The notes under the pieces: generated by a model | What the model saw: the letters and a program-made list of their open reading frames with translations, nothing else | The model's database searches: none | What the model was told of the DNA's origin: nothing | Made by a program: the position numbers and the translations under genes | Shown: positions 18,450 through 28,121 of the stretch, in pieces | Layout: each line of letters starts with the position of its first letter | How positions within the stretch are numbered: position 1 is the first letter of the stretch | DNA from: a candidate division WOR-3 bacterium | GTDB lineage: Bacteria; Hydrothermota; Hydrothermia; LBFQ01 | Assembly (NCBI GenBank): GCA_015492295.1 | Contig: WGFI01000099.1 | Span: forward strand, 1 to 54,517 | Length of the DNA stretch: 54,517 bases | Reading direction: 5' to 3'

Positions 18450-19471
18450 TAAAAGCTGAAGGTGCTAACCGCATAAACCGCCACTTTCCAATCCACTTTC
18501 TCGTTCAAATATATACCACCCGATGCGCCTAGATATATCGTTTCCGCCCAATCAAGTCTGATATTGGCATCCGCGAAGTATCTATTCCTTTTCTGCATGT
18601 CAAGGGGTTTCTCCTGATACATACCCATATCCAAGTAAGGTTTGGCGATCCAATCTTCGTTTATAGGCCATAGTAGGGATAATCTGAGGAACTCTCCGGA
18701 TCTTCCGGTTATGTTCGTCCAAGGTATCTCATACATGCTGTAAGTTAGATATGTTGAAAATCCGAAGAATCCGCTCCTCTCCTCATCAAAAACTATACCT
18801 TGACCCACTATCCTTTCGTATCCTTCCGTAGTTGAAAATCCATGCAATCCCATAGAGAATCTTCCGATCTCCAAGTCGGTTGAGAGGTAAATCGCCCCAT
18901 CCCTTTCGTTTGTACCTACGCCTTCGGCATTGAAATCAAATATGCCGAAATTCAAGTTGGATGAGATTCCCCCATAAACTGTCCCCGAAGTATCATATAT
19001 CCCATAACCGGTTAAGCTGAAAATTCCAAAGTCCAAGGATGCTCTGAGTCCCGAAACCATCTTATCAAAGGGCAAAGCGAGAACGAAGTCCAACCATACA
19101 TTCCTACCATAGGAAATTCCTAAGAAGGGTATTCCACCTAAGTAATCGCCGAATGTTAAACCGTTCTCCCAGTACAAAGGACCCAAACCGCCTCGTATAT
19201 CAAGGGAATTCGCGAAGGCGAATTCTATGAAAGATTCTTTGAGTCTAACATAAGGTGATACATAAGGGTAAAATCTGTCAAAGGATATTATTGAAAATCT
19301 ACCATATACACCTATATCAAACTGCATCTGGACACCGAGTTCCCCTCGGTAATACTGGTTATCAGAAGCCCAAAATCCTATGTTCCCATCTATATTGTAA
19401 AACCTCGTCCTCGTAGCCTTTATCTCCTCCTCCAATTCAAGCTCCTGAGATAACAATGTTAGCAGCAACAT
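18449..19471 (-). CDS. Putative outer-membrane beta-barrel protein
   Basis: Gly/aromatic alternating beta strands, C-terminal YAVSTFSF, short hydrophobic N-terminus. Confidence 0.7.
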   Translation of the reverse strand: MLLLTLLSQELELEEEIKATRTRFYNIDGNIGFWASDNQYYRGELGVQMQFDIGVYGRFSIISFDRFYPYVSPYVRLKESFIEFAFANSLDIRGGLGPLYWENGLTFGDYLGGIPFLGISYGRNVWLDFVLALPFDKMVSGLRASLDFGIFSLTGYGIYDTSGTVYGGISSNLNFGIFDFNAEGVGTNERDGAIYLSTDLEIGRFSMGLHGFSTTEGYERIVGQGIVFDEERSGFFGFSTYLTYSMYEIPWTNITGRSGEFLRLSLLWPINEDWIAKPYLDMGMYQEKPLDMQKRNRYFADANIRLDWAETIYLGASGGIYLNEKVDWKVAVYAVSTFSF

Positions 19472-19474
19472 GGG

Positions 19475-19972
19475 TTATCCTTTCCACTTTATCGTGCATC
19501 CCACCGCGGGCGTTTCCTCATAAGGCACCTTCTCCCCTTTGAGCAAGGCTTCAAGGACTTCTACAAGGTATCTCTTGGTGGGATTTCCCTCATAGTTATC
19601 ATCGGGGGCCCCTTTATATACGAGAATGCCTTCCCTATTGAACACGAACACATGGGGGGTTCTTTCCGCGCCGAAGGATTTGGCAACCTCCTGCGTTTCA
19701 TCGTACAAATAAGGTACCGGATAGTCCTTCTTCTTCATGTTTTCAAACGAATCCTCGGGATACTTCGTAGGGTCGTTTGAGTTTATGAAAGCAAAACCGA
19801 ATTTGTCTTTAAATCTATCCACTATATTTAAGACTTCACCTTCCCAGGCTTTAACATAGGGACAGTGATTACACCAGAATATTATAACCGTCCCGAACTC
19901 TCCCTTTATATCTTTATGAGTATAAAACTTCTCATCCGTACCTTTGAGTTTAAACTCCGGTATCCTCATCAT
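19475..19972 (-). CDS. Thioredoxin/AhpC-TSA family protein (PRX-like1)
   Basis: WCNHCPYV, INSND...YPEDS, A.RTP, GCTIKW. Confidence 0.9.
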   Translation of the reverse strand: MMRIPEFKLKGTDEKFYTHKDIKGEFGTVIIFWCNHCPYVKAWEGEVLNIVDRFKDKFGFAFINSNDPTKYPEDSFENMKKKDYPVPYLYDETQEVAKSFGAERTPHVFVFNREGILVYKGAPDDNYEGNPTKRYLVEVLEALLKGEKVPYEETPAVGCTIKWKG

Positions 19973-19981
19973 AATCCGAGT

Positions 19982-20007
19982 ATTATAAAGATGTTCATCC
20001 TTAAAAT
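19982..20007. promoter_or_regulatory. Back-to-back divergent promoters (CATCTT-TATAAT on -, CATCCT-TAAAAT on +)
   Basis: 9 nt before ATG 19972(-) and 8 nt before ATG 20016(+); motifs separated by 2 nt. Confidence 0.65.
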
Positions 20008-20015
20008 ATCTTCTT

Positions 20016-20219
20016 ATGAAGGGTAGGAAGAAAATCGTATGGAAGGCTGTGGATAGGGTTTTTTCAAAAATGGGATACTTACTCCTTGATATGGAATTTT
20101 TGGAGGATAACCTCGTAATTATGTACGTTCTAACTCCGAAATGGACTATAAAAGAAATGACTGCGAGAATAGAGTTTGATGGACCTCTATCGTTCCGCTT
20201 AAAATTCGTTCGCCCTTAA
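20016..20219 (+). CDS. Small hypothetical protein
   Basis: 67 aa ORF filling the gap, with its own promoter motif. Confidence 0.6.
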   Translation: MKGRKKIVWKAVDRVFSKMGYLLLDMEFLEDNLVIMYVLTPKWTIKEMTARIEFDGPLSFRLKFVRP

Positions 20220-20232
20220 AATACACGATGGT

Positions 20233-20697
20233 ATGAAGGTGGAAAATGGAATGTATGTAAAGATAGAGTATGAGCTTTATCTTGCGGACAACGATGAGGT
20301 TATAGATGCTGGAACATTGGTTTATAGGCATGGGTACGGTGAGATATTTCCAGCGATTGAAAGGCGGCTTGAAGGTTCAAGTGTCGGTGATGTTTTGGAT
20401 ATAACCCTTCCCCCTGAGGAAGCATTTGGAGAGTTTGATAGGGAGTTGGTCAAGGAGATTCCCTTAAAGTACTTTGAAGATAAGAATGTACATCCTGGAC
20501 AGATTTTGAGGGCTCAAACCGTTGATGGCACCATATTGCAATTTACGGTTTTGGATGTTAAAGACGATACCGTATATGCCGACTTTAACCATCCCTTAGC
20601 CGGCGAAACTGTAAGATTCAAAATAAGGGTTCTTGATATAAATGAGGAGGAACCGGAGCATGGATGTTCTTGTGGAGGAAATTGCAATTGCCAATAA
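20233..20697 (+). CDS. slyD: FKBP-type peptidyl-prolyl isomerase SlyD
   Basis: PEEAFGE, DFNHPLAG, Cys/His tail HGCSCGGNCNC; promoter CGCCCTTAAAAT at 20211..20222. Confidence 0.92.
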   Translation: MKVENGMYVKIEYELYLADNDEVIDAGTLVYRHGYGEIFPAIERRLEGSSVGDVLDITLPPEEAFGEFDRELVKEIPLKYFEDKNVHPGQILRAQTVDGTILQFTVLDVKDDTVYADFNHPLAGETVRFKIRVLDINEEEPEHGCSCGGNCNCQ

Positions 20698-21889
20698 CAT
20701 AAGGAAGGAATTTCCGAGTCTGAGAGGGGATGAGATATACTTGGATTCAGGGGCGACCTCTTTAAAACCCCGTAAGGTCATAGAAGCGGTAAGAAGGTAT
20801 GAGGAGGAGTTTCCCGCTAATGTCCATAGAAGCGCCTATCCCTGGGCTGAAAAGGCTACGGATGAATATGAGAATGCGAGAAAAAATGTGGCTAAGCTTT
20901 TGAATTCCAAAAAGGAGGAGATCGTTTTCACGAAGAACTGCACGGAGGCTATAAACCTCGCAGCATTCATACTATCCAAGTACGTTAATAGGGGGGATAG
21001 GATCATAGTTAGCATCCTTGAGCATCATGCGAATTTTTTACCTTGGATGAGACTTTGCAATCGGAAGGGGGCGGAATTTACCGTTGTTGATGTTGATGAG
21101 GAAGGTTTCTTAGACATGGATGATTTTCAAAGGAAACTGACGAAAAATACCAAGATCGTCGCGATAACCATGGCATCAAATGTTGTAGGTACCGTACCAC
21201 CTATAAAGGATATAGTTAAGCTGGCTAAGGATAAAGGTGCGTTCGTGGTTTTGGATGGAGCCCAGTATGTGCCTCATCATAGGGTGAATGTGGGGAGTCT
21301 GGGTGCGGATTTTATAGCCTTTTCCGGGCACAAATTGTTCGGACCATCCGGAACTGGTGTTCTTTGGGGAAGGAAGGATATACTTGATGAAGGGGAACCT
21401 TTACTCCTAGGTGGAAGTATGATAAAAGAGGTGTATATAGATGGATTTGAGATGGCGGATCCTCCAACGAGATATGAAACGGGTACCCCAAACATAGGGG
21501 GGATAATAGGTCTCGGGGCGGCCGTTGAATTCGTTGAAAGTATAGGATACGACTTCATTGAAAGGTATGAGAAAAAACTCGTAAGGTACCTTTATGACTC
21601 CCTTAAATCCGTTGAAGGAGTTGAGGTATATGGCCCCCCCCCTGAACATAGGACCTCGCTCGTCGCTTTCAACATAAGAGGGGTGCATCCACATGATGTC
21701 GCCTGGTACCTCGGTCTTGAAGGTATAATGGTCAGGTCCGGTGGGCATTGCGCCCATCCTTTGCATAGGAGATTGAGCATCCCTTTTAATCAATCCGTGA
21801 GGGCGAGTTTGTCTGTGTTCAATACGCCGGAGGACATAGACAGATTGATTGATGCTTTGTATAAGGTCAAAAGGTCCTTCAAAGTTTAG
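20660..21889 (+). CDS. sufS: Cysteine desulfurase, SufS/class II
   Basis: YLDSGAT, EHHAN, DGAQ, SGHK, GTPN, RSGGHCAHP. Confidence 0.92.
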   Translation: MDVLVEEIAIANNIRKEFPSLRGDEIYLDSGATSLKPRKVIEAVRRYEEEFPANVHRSAYPWAEKATDEYENARKNVAKLLNSKKEEIVFTKNCTEAINLAAFILSKYVNRGDRIIVSILEHHANFLPWMRLCNRKGAEFTVVDVDEEGFLDMDDFQRKLTKNTKIVAITMASNVVGTVPPIKDIVKLAKDKGAFVVLDGAQYVPHHRVNVGSLGADFIAFSGHKLFGPSGTGVLWGRKDILDEGEPLLLGGSMIKEVYIDGFEMADPPTRYETGTPNIGGIIGLGAAVEFVESIGYDFIERYEKKLVRYLYDSLKSVEGVEVYGPPPEHRTSLVAFNIRGVHPHDVAWYLGLEGIMVRSGGHCAHPLHRRLSIPFNQSVRASLSVFNTPEDIDRLIDALYKVKRSFKV

Positions 21890-23198
21890 CATAGAATACC
21901 AGCAGCATCTCAAATAGCAGGATCCCTATGATAATGAATTTTATCCAATTGTTAAGGGGTTTTGGTGGTTCAGGAATACTTATACCCTCCCTCTCATTCA
22001 CTACGATGATACCTTTAAGCTCCCCGTCCTTATAAGCCTTATATATTCCCGCCTCCCTTGGTACAAAAACATCGGGACAGCATACGGATGTCTTTCCTTT
22101 TATCTCGTAGGAATTGAACAGCTCAACACTATCACCTATCTTAGCATAGATCTTCCAAACATCCTTTGAGAATAAGGAGATGAATCTGAGGAATTCGGGT
22201 GTGAAACCCCAACCCGTATAACTCGGCGAAAAACCGAATATATAAAGATTCCTATACTTCACACCTACTATTTTACCCGATTTATCGTAAAGTATAGGCT
22301 CCCCATCAAGGAACACGCATCCGCTGTCCGAAAATATGAATTTAACCAAATCCTCCCTGAATCTCAACTTCAAATCCTTTAACTTCCCGCATTTCCTTAT
22401 AAACAATATGGATCCAGGTATATTTATGAAGGTATCCACACCTACGGTTATATTGGAATTAGTTATTTTCATCGCCGTTTCAAGTATCTCCCTATCCAAA
22501 CCCCTACCGAGCACCTCACCCTTGGCCTCACCCTTTACGGCATAATCGTAGAATTTTATGTCGCCGATCTCTATAATCACCTCCCCCTCAAACTCGCCGA
22601 GAACCGAGTAATCAACTGTGCTATCCCTTCGTAAGAATATCTTATCCGCGAGGGAAAACGATTTACCCGATACCTTTATAGGTATATATCTATCGGAGGA
22701 TTTGTTTCTGATCCTCAATTTTAACTCCTTAGGGGACAGATACACATCAATTATATCCAAACCTTGATTTCCCGACCATACCTCATAATCCGTATTTGGA
22801 TATATATTCCAAGAGCCTATGAGCGCCACCTTGCCTTTCGTATTTGTGGAAGGTGAAAATCTTATTTCGGCGAACTCTCCCCATCTTTTTATCACCTCCT
22901 GAACATCCGACAATGATACATCCTTTATCCATATCTCCTTCGGAGGTTTTCCCTTGTACAAAAAAGGTTTTGAGGGAAGAAGTAGAAACAAAAAGACCAA
23001 TAATGTCCTCAAAAACAATATCAGATAGTCCCTAAGCTTTAAGAAAAATACGGCCCTCGTTTTTCCAGATGTAAAATACCCTACCCATGAGAATTCAACC
23101 TTTGGGGCCAATCTGCTCGCAACGGTATGGACTATTATGACGGTTAAACCTCCGATTACTGCTATGTATAACCATTGGGGATTCAGCGTCCAAAACAT
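21879..23198 (-). CDS. BatA-domain-like membrane protein
   Basis: N-terminal LNP.WL....IIVH and L..LR.L...L..L..SKP, C-terminal TM; TGATG coupling to pyrG. Confidence 0.6.
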   Translation of the reverse strand: MFWTLNPQWLYIAVIGGLTVIIVHTVASRLAPKVEFSWVGYFTSGKTRAVFFLKLRDYLILFLRTLLVFLFLLLPSKPFLYKGKPPKEIWIKDVSLSDVQEVIKRWGEFAEIRFSPSTNTKGKVALIGSWNIYPNTDYEVWSGNQGLDIIDVYLSPKELKLRIRNKSSDRYIPIKVSGKSFSLADKIFLRRDSTVDYSVLGEFEGEVIIEIGDIKFYDYAVKGEAKGEVLGRGLDREILETAMKITNSNITVGVDTFINIPGSILFIRKCGKLKDLKLRFREDLVKFIFSDSGCVFLDGEPILYDKSGKIVGVKYRNLYIFGFSPSYTGWGFTPEFLRFISLFSKDVWKIYAKIGDSVELFNSYEIKGKTSVCCPDVFVPREAGIYKAYKDGELKGIIVVNEREGISIPEPPKPLNNWIKFIIIGILLFEMLLVFYAKL

Positions 23199-24757
23199 CA
23201 CATTTCCATCAATCTTAGGAATATAGGATGTGGTTTTAAGGGCTTGGAGGAGTACTCAGGATGAAACTGGACACCCACAAAGAACGGATGCTCACTCCAT
23301 TCAATGACTTCAACCAGTCCCTTCGTCTCTCCCGAGATCGTGAGACCGCTATTTTCAAAATCCTTTTTAAACTCGTTGTTGAATTCGTACCTATGTCTGT
23401 GCCTTTCAACAACGCTATTCCTCTTATAAATTTCGTATATCATCGTACCCTTTTTGAGTTTGATCTCCTGTCCTCCGAGTCTCATAGTCCCTCCTAAGGG
23501 TTTATCCTTCTGCTCCGGAAGGAGATGTATAACGGGATGTTTGGTATCTTTGTTGAATTCCTCGCTATGCGCATCTTTCCATCCGAGCACATTCCTGGCC
23601 CATTCCACAGTCATAAGCTGCATACCCAAGCATATGCCGAGTATCGGTATTTTGTTCTCCCTAGCAAACCGTATGGCTTCTATCTTTCCCTCTATACCTC
23701 TCCTTCCAAATCCCCCTGCTATTATTATGACATCGTATCCTTTAAGGATCTCCTCGGCCCCCTTCTCCTCTATATCAAGAGAATCCACCAGATCTATCTC
23801 GGGTTTCGTTAAGGTATGCGCGCCGGCATGTATTATAGCCTCTATCAAACTCTTGTAAGCGTCCCTAACTTCAACATATTTCCCAACTATCGCCACCTTT
23901 TTCGTCCTCTTGGGATTTTCCAGTTTCTTTATAAACTCCTCCCAGCTGCTCATATCCCTTTTTAAATATGTCCTTATACCCAACTTTTCAAGTATGAGGT
24001 CATCAAGACCCTGAGAGGCCAATATGAAAGGTATCCTATAAACATTATCCACATCATAGGCGCTTATCACAGCCCTGATAGGTACGCTTGAAAATAATGC
24101 TATCTTGGACCTGGCTTCCTCGGTTAAAGGGTATTCACTTCTACAAACTATGGCATCGGGTTGGATACCTATTTCCCTCAATTTCTGAACGGAATGCTGG
24201 GTGGGTTTGGTTTTCAATTCACCTACTGACTTGACGAACGGCACATAGGACACATGCACATAAAAACAGTTCTCTTCAAGACCCATCTGTCTGGCCGCTT
24301 CAAGGAAAGGCAAACTTTCAATATCCCCAACCGTACCCCCTATCTCAACCAGACAGAGGTCGTACTCCTTACCTATCTCCTTAAATTTATCCTTTATAAG
24401 GTTGGTTAGATGAGGAACGACCTGTACCGTAGCGCCGAGATAATCCCCCTTCCTCTCTTTGTGTATGATTTCATGATAAACCTGTCCAGCCGTTATGTTG
24501 TTCCTCTTTGGAAGGTTCTCACCGAGAAATCTCTCATAGTGCCCGATGTCAAGGTCGGTTTCCCCGCCATCTTCCGTAACGAATACCTCCCCATGCTGAT
24601 AAGGGTTCATCGTACCCGCATCGGAATTCAAATAAGGATCAACCTTAACGAGAGTTACTTTGAGCTTCCTGCTTTTCAGTAAAAGTCCCAAAGATGCGGT
24701 GGTTATACCTTTACCGAGGGATGAGAGGACACCCCCGGTTATAAAGACGAATTTCAT
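23198..24757 (-). CDS. pyrG: CTP synthase
   Basis: GGVLSSLGKG, KTKPTQ, GICLGMQ, QFHPE. Confidence 0.97.
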   Translation of the reverse strand: MKFVFITGGVLSSLGKGITTASLGLLLKSRKLKVTLVKVDPYLNSDAGTMNPYQHGEVFVTEDGGETDLDIGHYERFLGENLPKRNNITAGQVYHEIIHKERKGDYLGATVQVVPHLTNLIKDKFKEIGKEYDLCLVEIGGTVGDIESLPFLEAARQMGLEENCFYVHVSYVPFVKSVGELKTKPTQHSVQKLREIGIQPDAIVCRSEYPLTEEARSKIALFSSVPIRAVISAYDVDNVYRIPFILASQGLDDLILEKLGIRTYLKRDMSSWEEFIKKLENPKRTKKVAIVGKYVEVRDAYKSLIEAIIHAGAHTLTKPEIDLVDSLDIEEKGAEEILKGYDVIIIAGGFGRRGIEGKIEAIRFARENKIPILGICLGMQLMTVEWARNVLGWKDAHSEEFNKDTKHPVIHLLPEQKDKPLGGTMRLGGQEIKLKKGTMIYEIYKRNSVVERHRHRYEFNNEFKKDFENSGLTISGETKGLVEVIEWSEHPFFVGVQFHPEYSSKPLKPHPIFLRLMEM

Positions 24758-25137
24758 CAATCCCTGTAATCTTTATATGGAGCATCAATGGGGAAGCTCT
24801 TCAAGAGCGGATGTCCTTCGTAATCATCGGGAAGGAGTATCCTCTTTAAATTGGGATGACCCTCAAATTTAACACCGAAGAGGTCATAGCACTCCCTCTC
24901 ATGCCAATCCGCGCCCTCAAATATGTCATAAAGTGAAGGGACGGTCGCATCGTAAGGCACATTTTCAACTATAATCCAAAGGTGAGAATCGTTCTCAACA
25001 TTCAATAGCTTGTAGTACAATGTTAGACTTTGACCGTTATCAACGGCCGTCATGAAGGAAAAGTAGGTGTATCCGCTTTCCTTTACCTCCTTAGCCTTAT
25101 CCCTTAACTCATCAACACTTATCCTCAGTTCATTCAT
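24757..25137 (-). CDS. nuoC: NADH-quinone oxidoreductase subunit C
   Basis: A.W.ERE.YDLFG..F.GHPNL.RILLP.....HPL.K. Confidence 0.9.
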   Translation of the reverse strand: MNELRISVDELRDKAKEVKESGYTYFSFMTAVDNGQSLTLYYKLLNVENDSHLWIIVENVPYDATVPSLYDIFEGADWHERECYDLFGVKFEGHPNLKRILLPDDYEGHPLLKSFPIDAPYKDYRD

Positions 25138-25146
25138 AAGTATGCT

Positions 25147-25179
25147 ATTCTAAGGTCGTAATTATTTCAGCCTTAGAAT
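25147..25179. promoter_or_regulatory. Divergent promoters (CGACCT-TAGAAT on -, CAGCCT-TAGAAT on +)
   Basis: 9 nt before nuoC ATG and 8 nt before rpmI ATG. Confidence 0.7.
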
Positions 25180-25187
25180 AACGGTTT

Positions 25188-25379
25188 ATGAAAACCAAAA
25201 AATCAATAGCCAAGAGATTTAAAATAACCGCAACGGGAAAGATAAAACATCAGAAGAGCGGTAGGAGGCACAATCTGGGTCCAAAGAAGAGTAAGGCGAG
25301 GAAGAGAAGGTTGAGAAAGCCCGGATATGTTAAGAGCACGGACGCGTTAAAGGTTTTGGCAGGTCTGGGACTTAAATAA
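25188..25379 (+). CDS. rpmI: 50S ribosomal protein L35
   Basis: MKT.K..AKRFKITATGKI......RH. Confidence 0.95.
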   Translation: MKTKKSIAKRFKITATGKIKHQKSGRRHNLGPKKSKARKRRLRKPGYVKSTDALKVLAGLGLK

Positions 25380-25762
25380 TGTTTAAGGATCCTTTTGAGG
25401 AATTTGAGGAGATCTTTGGAAACCTCGTAAGATCGGGTTATAGGGTTTATAAACCCCCTATAAGCGCATATGAAACGGATGATGAGTTCGTGATATATAT
25501 GGCTGTTGGGGGAGCGGATAAAACCTCATTAAAAGTGATCTACGATAACGGAACGCTTATAATATCAGGTAAAAGACCCGAACCCGAAGGGCCGGAAAAT
25601 AGGATATACCACATAGCGGAGATCTATTTCGGACCCTTTGAAAGAAGGCTTTATCTGAATGCCGATATAGATGTGGATAATATAACGAGCAAGTACGAGA
25701 ACGGTTTGCTGGAGGTGAAGATACCGAAGAAAAAGAAAACCATTCAAATAGAGGTGGAATAA
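25379..25762 (+). CDS. Hsp20/alpha-crystallin small heat-shock protein
   Basis: L.ISGKR, EI.FG.FER, Y.NGLL.V.IPK, I.VE tail. Confidence 0.9.
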   Translation: MFKDPFEEFEEIFGNLVRSGYRVYKPPISAYETDDEFVIYMAVGGADKTSLKVIYDNGTLIISGKRPEPEGPENRIYHIAEIYFGPFERRLYLNADIDVDNITSKYENGLLEVKIPKKKKTIQIEVE

Positions 25763-25763
25763 T

Positions 25764-28121
25764 ATGCAGTTGCCATTTAAAGATGTTAATATACCTAAGG
25801 AGTTGCCTATATTACCCATAAAAGGGGGTGTGGTTTTTCCATTTTCAACAGTGCCCGTTCTCGTTGGCGTTGAGAAGTCAAAGAGATTGGTGAATTCCGT
25901 ACTATCAACTCCCGTTGAGCCTAAGATCATAGGAGCCTTTATGCAGAAGGATCCGGAAAAAGAGGTTGAAGGTTTGGAAGATCTCTATCCCATAGGTACC
26001 GCCTCAGCCCTCATGCGTATGAACAGATTGCCGGATGGAAATATAAGGATAATTCTCAGCGGATTGAAAAGGCTGAGGATACTGAGGCAGGTGCAGTTCG
26101 AGCCTTATATAATCGCCGAGGTTGAGGTTCTAAACGACATTGAATACCCAGAAGATGAATTGCTCCCCATGAGGGAAGCCCTGATGATGAGTTTGAATAA
26201 GCTGGTTGAATTCCATAAGATACCTCAGGAGGCCCTGAACGCTCTTACAAATGTCCCCAACTCCTCCATGCTCGCCGATATAGCTGCGTCAATGCTTCAA
26301 AACTTGAAACCCGAGGAGAGGTATGAGATCCTTGAGACCTTGGATGTTAAGAAGAGGTTGGAGATAGTTCTGAAATTCGCGAGTAGAGAGGTTGAGCTTA
26401 TGGAGCTCTCCCAAAAGATACAGAAATCCGTACAGGAGGAGATGGAGAAGGCCCAAAGGGAGTTCTTCCTGAGGGAACAGCTCAAAGCCATACAGAAGGA
26501 GCTTGGAATATCGGATGAGCAGTCCGAAATCTCCGAACTTGAAAAGAGGTTGAAGGAAAAGAAGCTGCCGGATTATGTTCGTAAGGCCGCCGAGACGGAG
26601 CTGCGTAGGTTGCAAAAGGTTCCAAGCGCATCCCCGGAATATCATGTGATAAGAACCTACTTGGAATGGATACTTGATCTTCCCTGGCTTGAAAGTACGG
26701 AGGATAATATGGATATATCTAATGCTCGTAGGGTCTTGGATGAGGATCATTATGACCTTGAAAGGGTTAAGGAGAGGATATTGGAGTACATAGCAATAAA
26801 GAAGCTAAATCCCACGGGTAAGGCTCCCATACTCTGCTTCGTTGGTCCTCCTGGTGTTGGAAAGACGAGTCTTGGAAAGTCCATAGCCAGAGCGCTTAAC
26901 AAGAAGTTCGTTAGGCTGAGTCTAGGTGGAGTTAGGGATGAAGCGGAAATAAGGGGTCATAGGAGGACCTATGTTGGGGCTCTTCCCGGAAGGATAATAA
27001 TGGCGCTTAAAGAGGCTGGAAGCAATAATCCCGTTATGATGCTGGATGAGATTGACAAACTCGGGACGGATTGGAGGGGTGATCCCGCCTCGGCCCTACT
27101 TGAGGTTCTTGATCCCGAGCAGAATCACTCCTTCAAGGATCATTATTTAGACTTACCGTTTGATCTATCAAAGGTTTTCTTCATAACCACCGCAAATACT
27201 ACCTTAACGATACCTTCACCTCTACTTGACAGGATGGAGGTCATAGAAATACCGGGCTATGTCCTTGAAGAGAAGATACAGATAGCGTTAAATTTCATAA
27301 TACCCAAACAAAAGGAGGAGACGGGCTTGAAGGATTGTCATGTTGAGTTTAAAGAGGATGCGATAGCAAGGATTATAGAGGAATACACGCGCGAAGCGGG
27401 TGTTAGGGAGCTCCAAAGGAAGATAAATAGGATATTCCGGAGGATCGCATTGAAGGTTACGGAAGAAGATAGTAAGTGCGATTTCACAATAACCAAAGAC
27501 AATGTTGAGGAATACTTAGGAAAACCGGATTACTTTCCGGAGATAGCCGAAAGGGAGGCGAGGGTTGGAGTAGCCACCGGTCTCGCATGGACACCCGTGG
27601 GGGGATCGGTTCTGTTCGTTGAGGCGCTCAGGGTGCCCGGTGAAAAAGGGTTCAAACTCACGGGGAAATTGGGCGATGTTATGAGAGAATCCGCGGAGGC
27701 TGCTCTGACCTTAGCCAGAAAGTACTCTTATGAAAACGGCGTTTCCTCGGACTTCTGGGATAAGGGGTTCATCCATTTACATGTTCCATCTGGTGCCATA
27801 CCTAAGGATGGACCATCGGCTGGAATCACCATGTTCGTTGCCCTGTATTCTTTGAGTATGAACATACCTGTTCCCCCGGATATAGCCATGACAGGGGAGA
27901 TAACTCTCAGGGGAAGGATACTGCCGGTGGGGGGCATAAAGGAGAAGGTTTTGGCTGCGGATAGGGCGGGTATAAAGAAGGTAATTTTACCATCATGGAA
28001 TAGAAAGGATCTTGAGGATGTTCCGGATACGGTTAAAGGAAGATTGAAGTTTATATTCGTTGAAACTGTGGAGGATGTCCTGAATGAAGTTTTTGAGACG
28101 ACGCTGGTTAGAAAGACTTGA
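25764..28121 (+). CDS. lon: Lon protease
   Basis: GPPGVGKTS, RTYVGALPG, PKDGPSAG, GGIKEK. Confidence 0.97.
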   Translation: MQLPFKDVNIPKELPILPIKGGVVFPFSTVPVLVGVEKSKRLVNSVLSTPVEPKIIGAFMQKDPEKEVEGLEDLYPIGTASALMRMNRLPDGNIRIILSGLKRLRILRQVQFEPYIIAEVEVLNDIEYPEDELLPMREALMMSLNKLVEFHKIPQEALNALTNVPNSSMLADIAASMLQNLKPEERYEILETLDVKKRLEIVLKFASREVELMELSQKIQKSVQEEMEKAQREFFLREQLKAIQKELGISDEQSEISELEKRLKEKKLPDYVRKAAETELRRLQKVPSASPEYHVIRTYLEWILDLPWLESTEDNMDISNARRVLDEDHYDLERVKERILEYIAIKKLNPTGKAPILCFVGPPGVGKTSLGKSIARALNKKFVRLSLGGVRDEAEIRGHRRTYVGALPGRIIMALKEAGSNNPVMMLDEIDKLGTDWRGDPASALLEVLDPEQNHSFKDHYLDLPFDLSKVFFITTANTTLTIPSPLLDRMEVIEIPGYVLEEKIQIALNFIIPKQKEETGLKDCHVEFKEDAIARIIEEYTREAGVRELQRKINRIFRRIALKVTEEDSKCDFTITKDNVEEYLGKPDYFPEIAEREARVGVATGLAWTPVGGSVLFVEALRVPGEKGFKLTGKLGDVMRESAEAALTLARKYSYENGVSSDFWDKGFIHLHVPSGAIPKDGPSAGITMFVALYSLSMNIPVPPDIAMTGEITLRGRILPVGGIKEKVLAADRAGIKKVILPSWNRKDLEDVPDTVKGRLKFIFVETVEDVLNEVFETTLVRKT

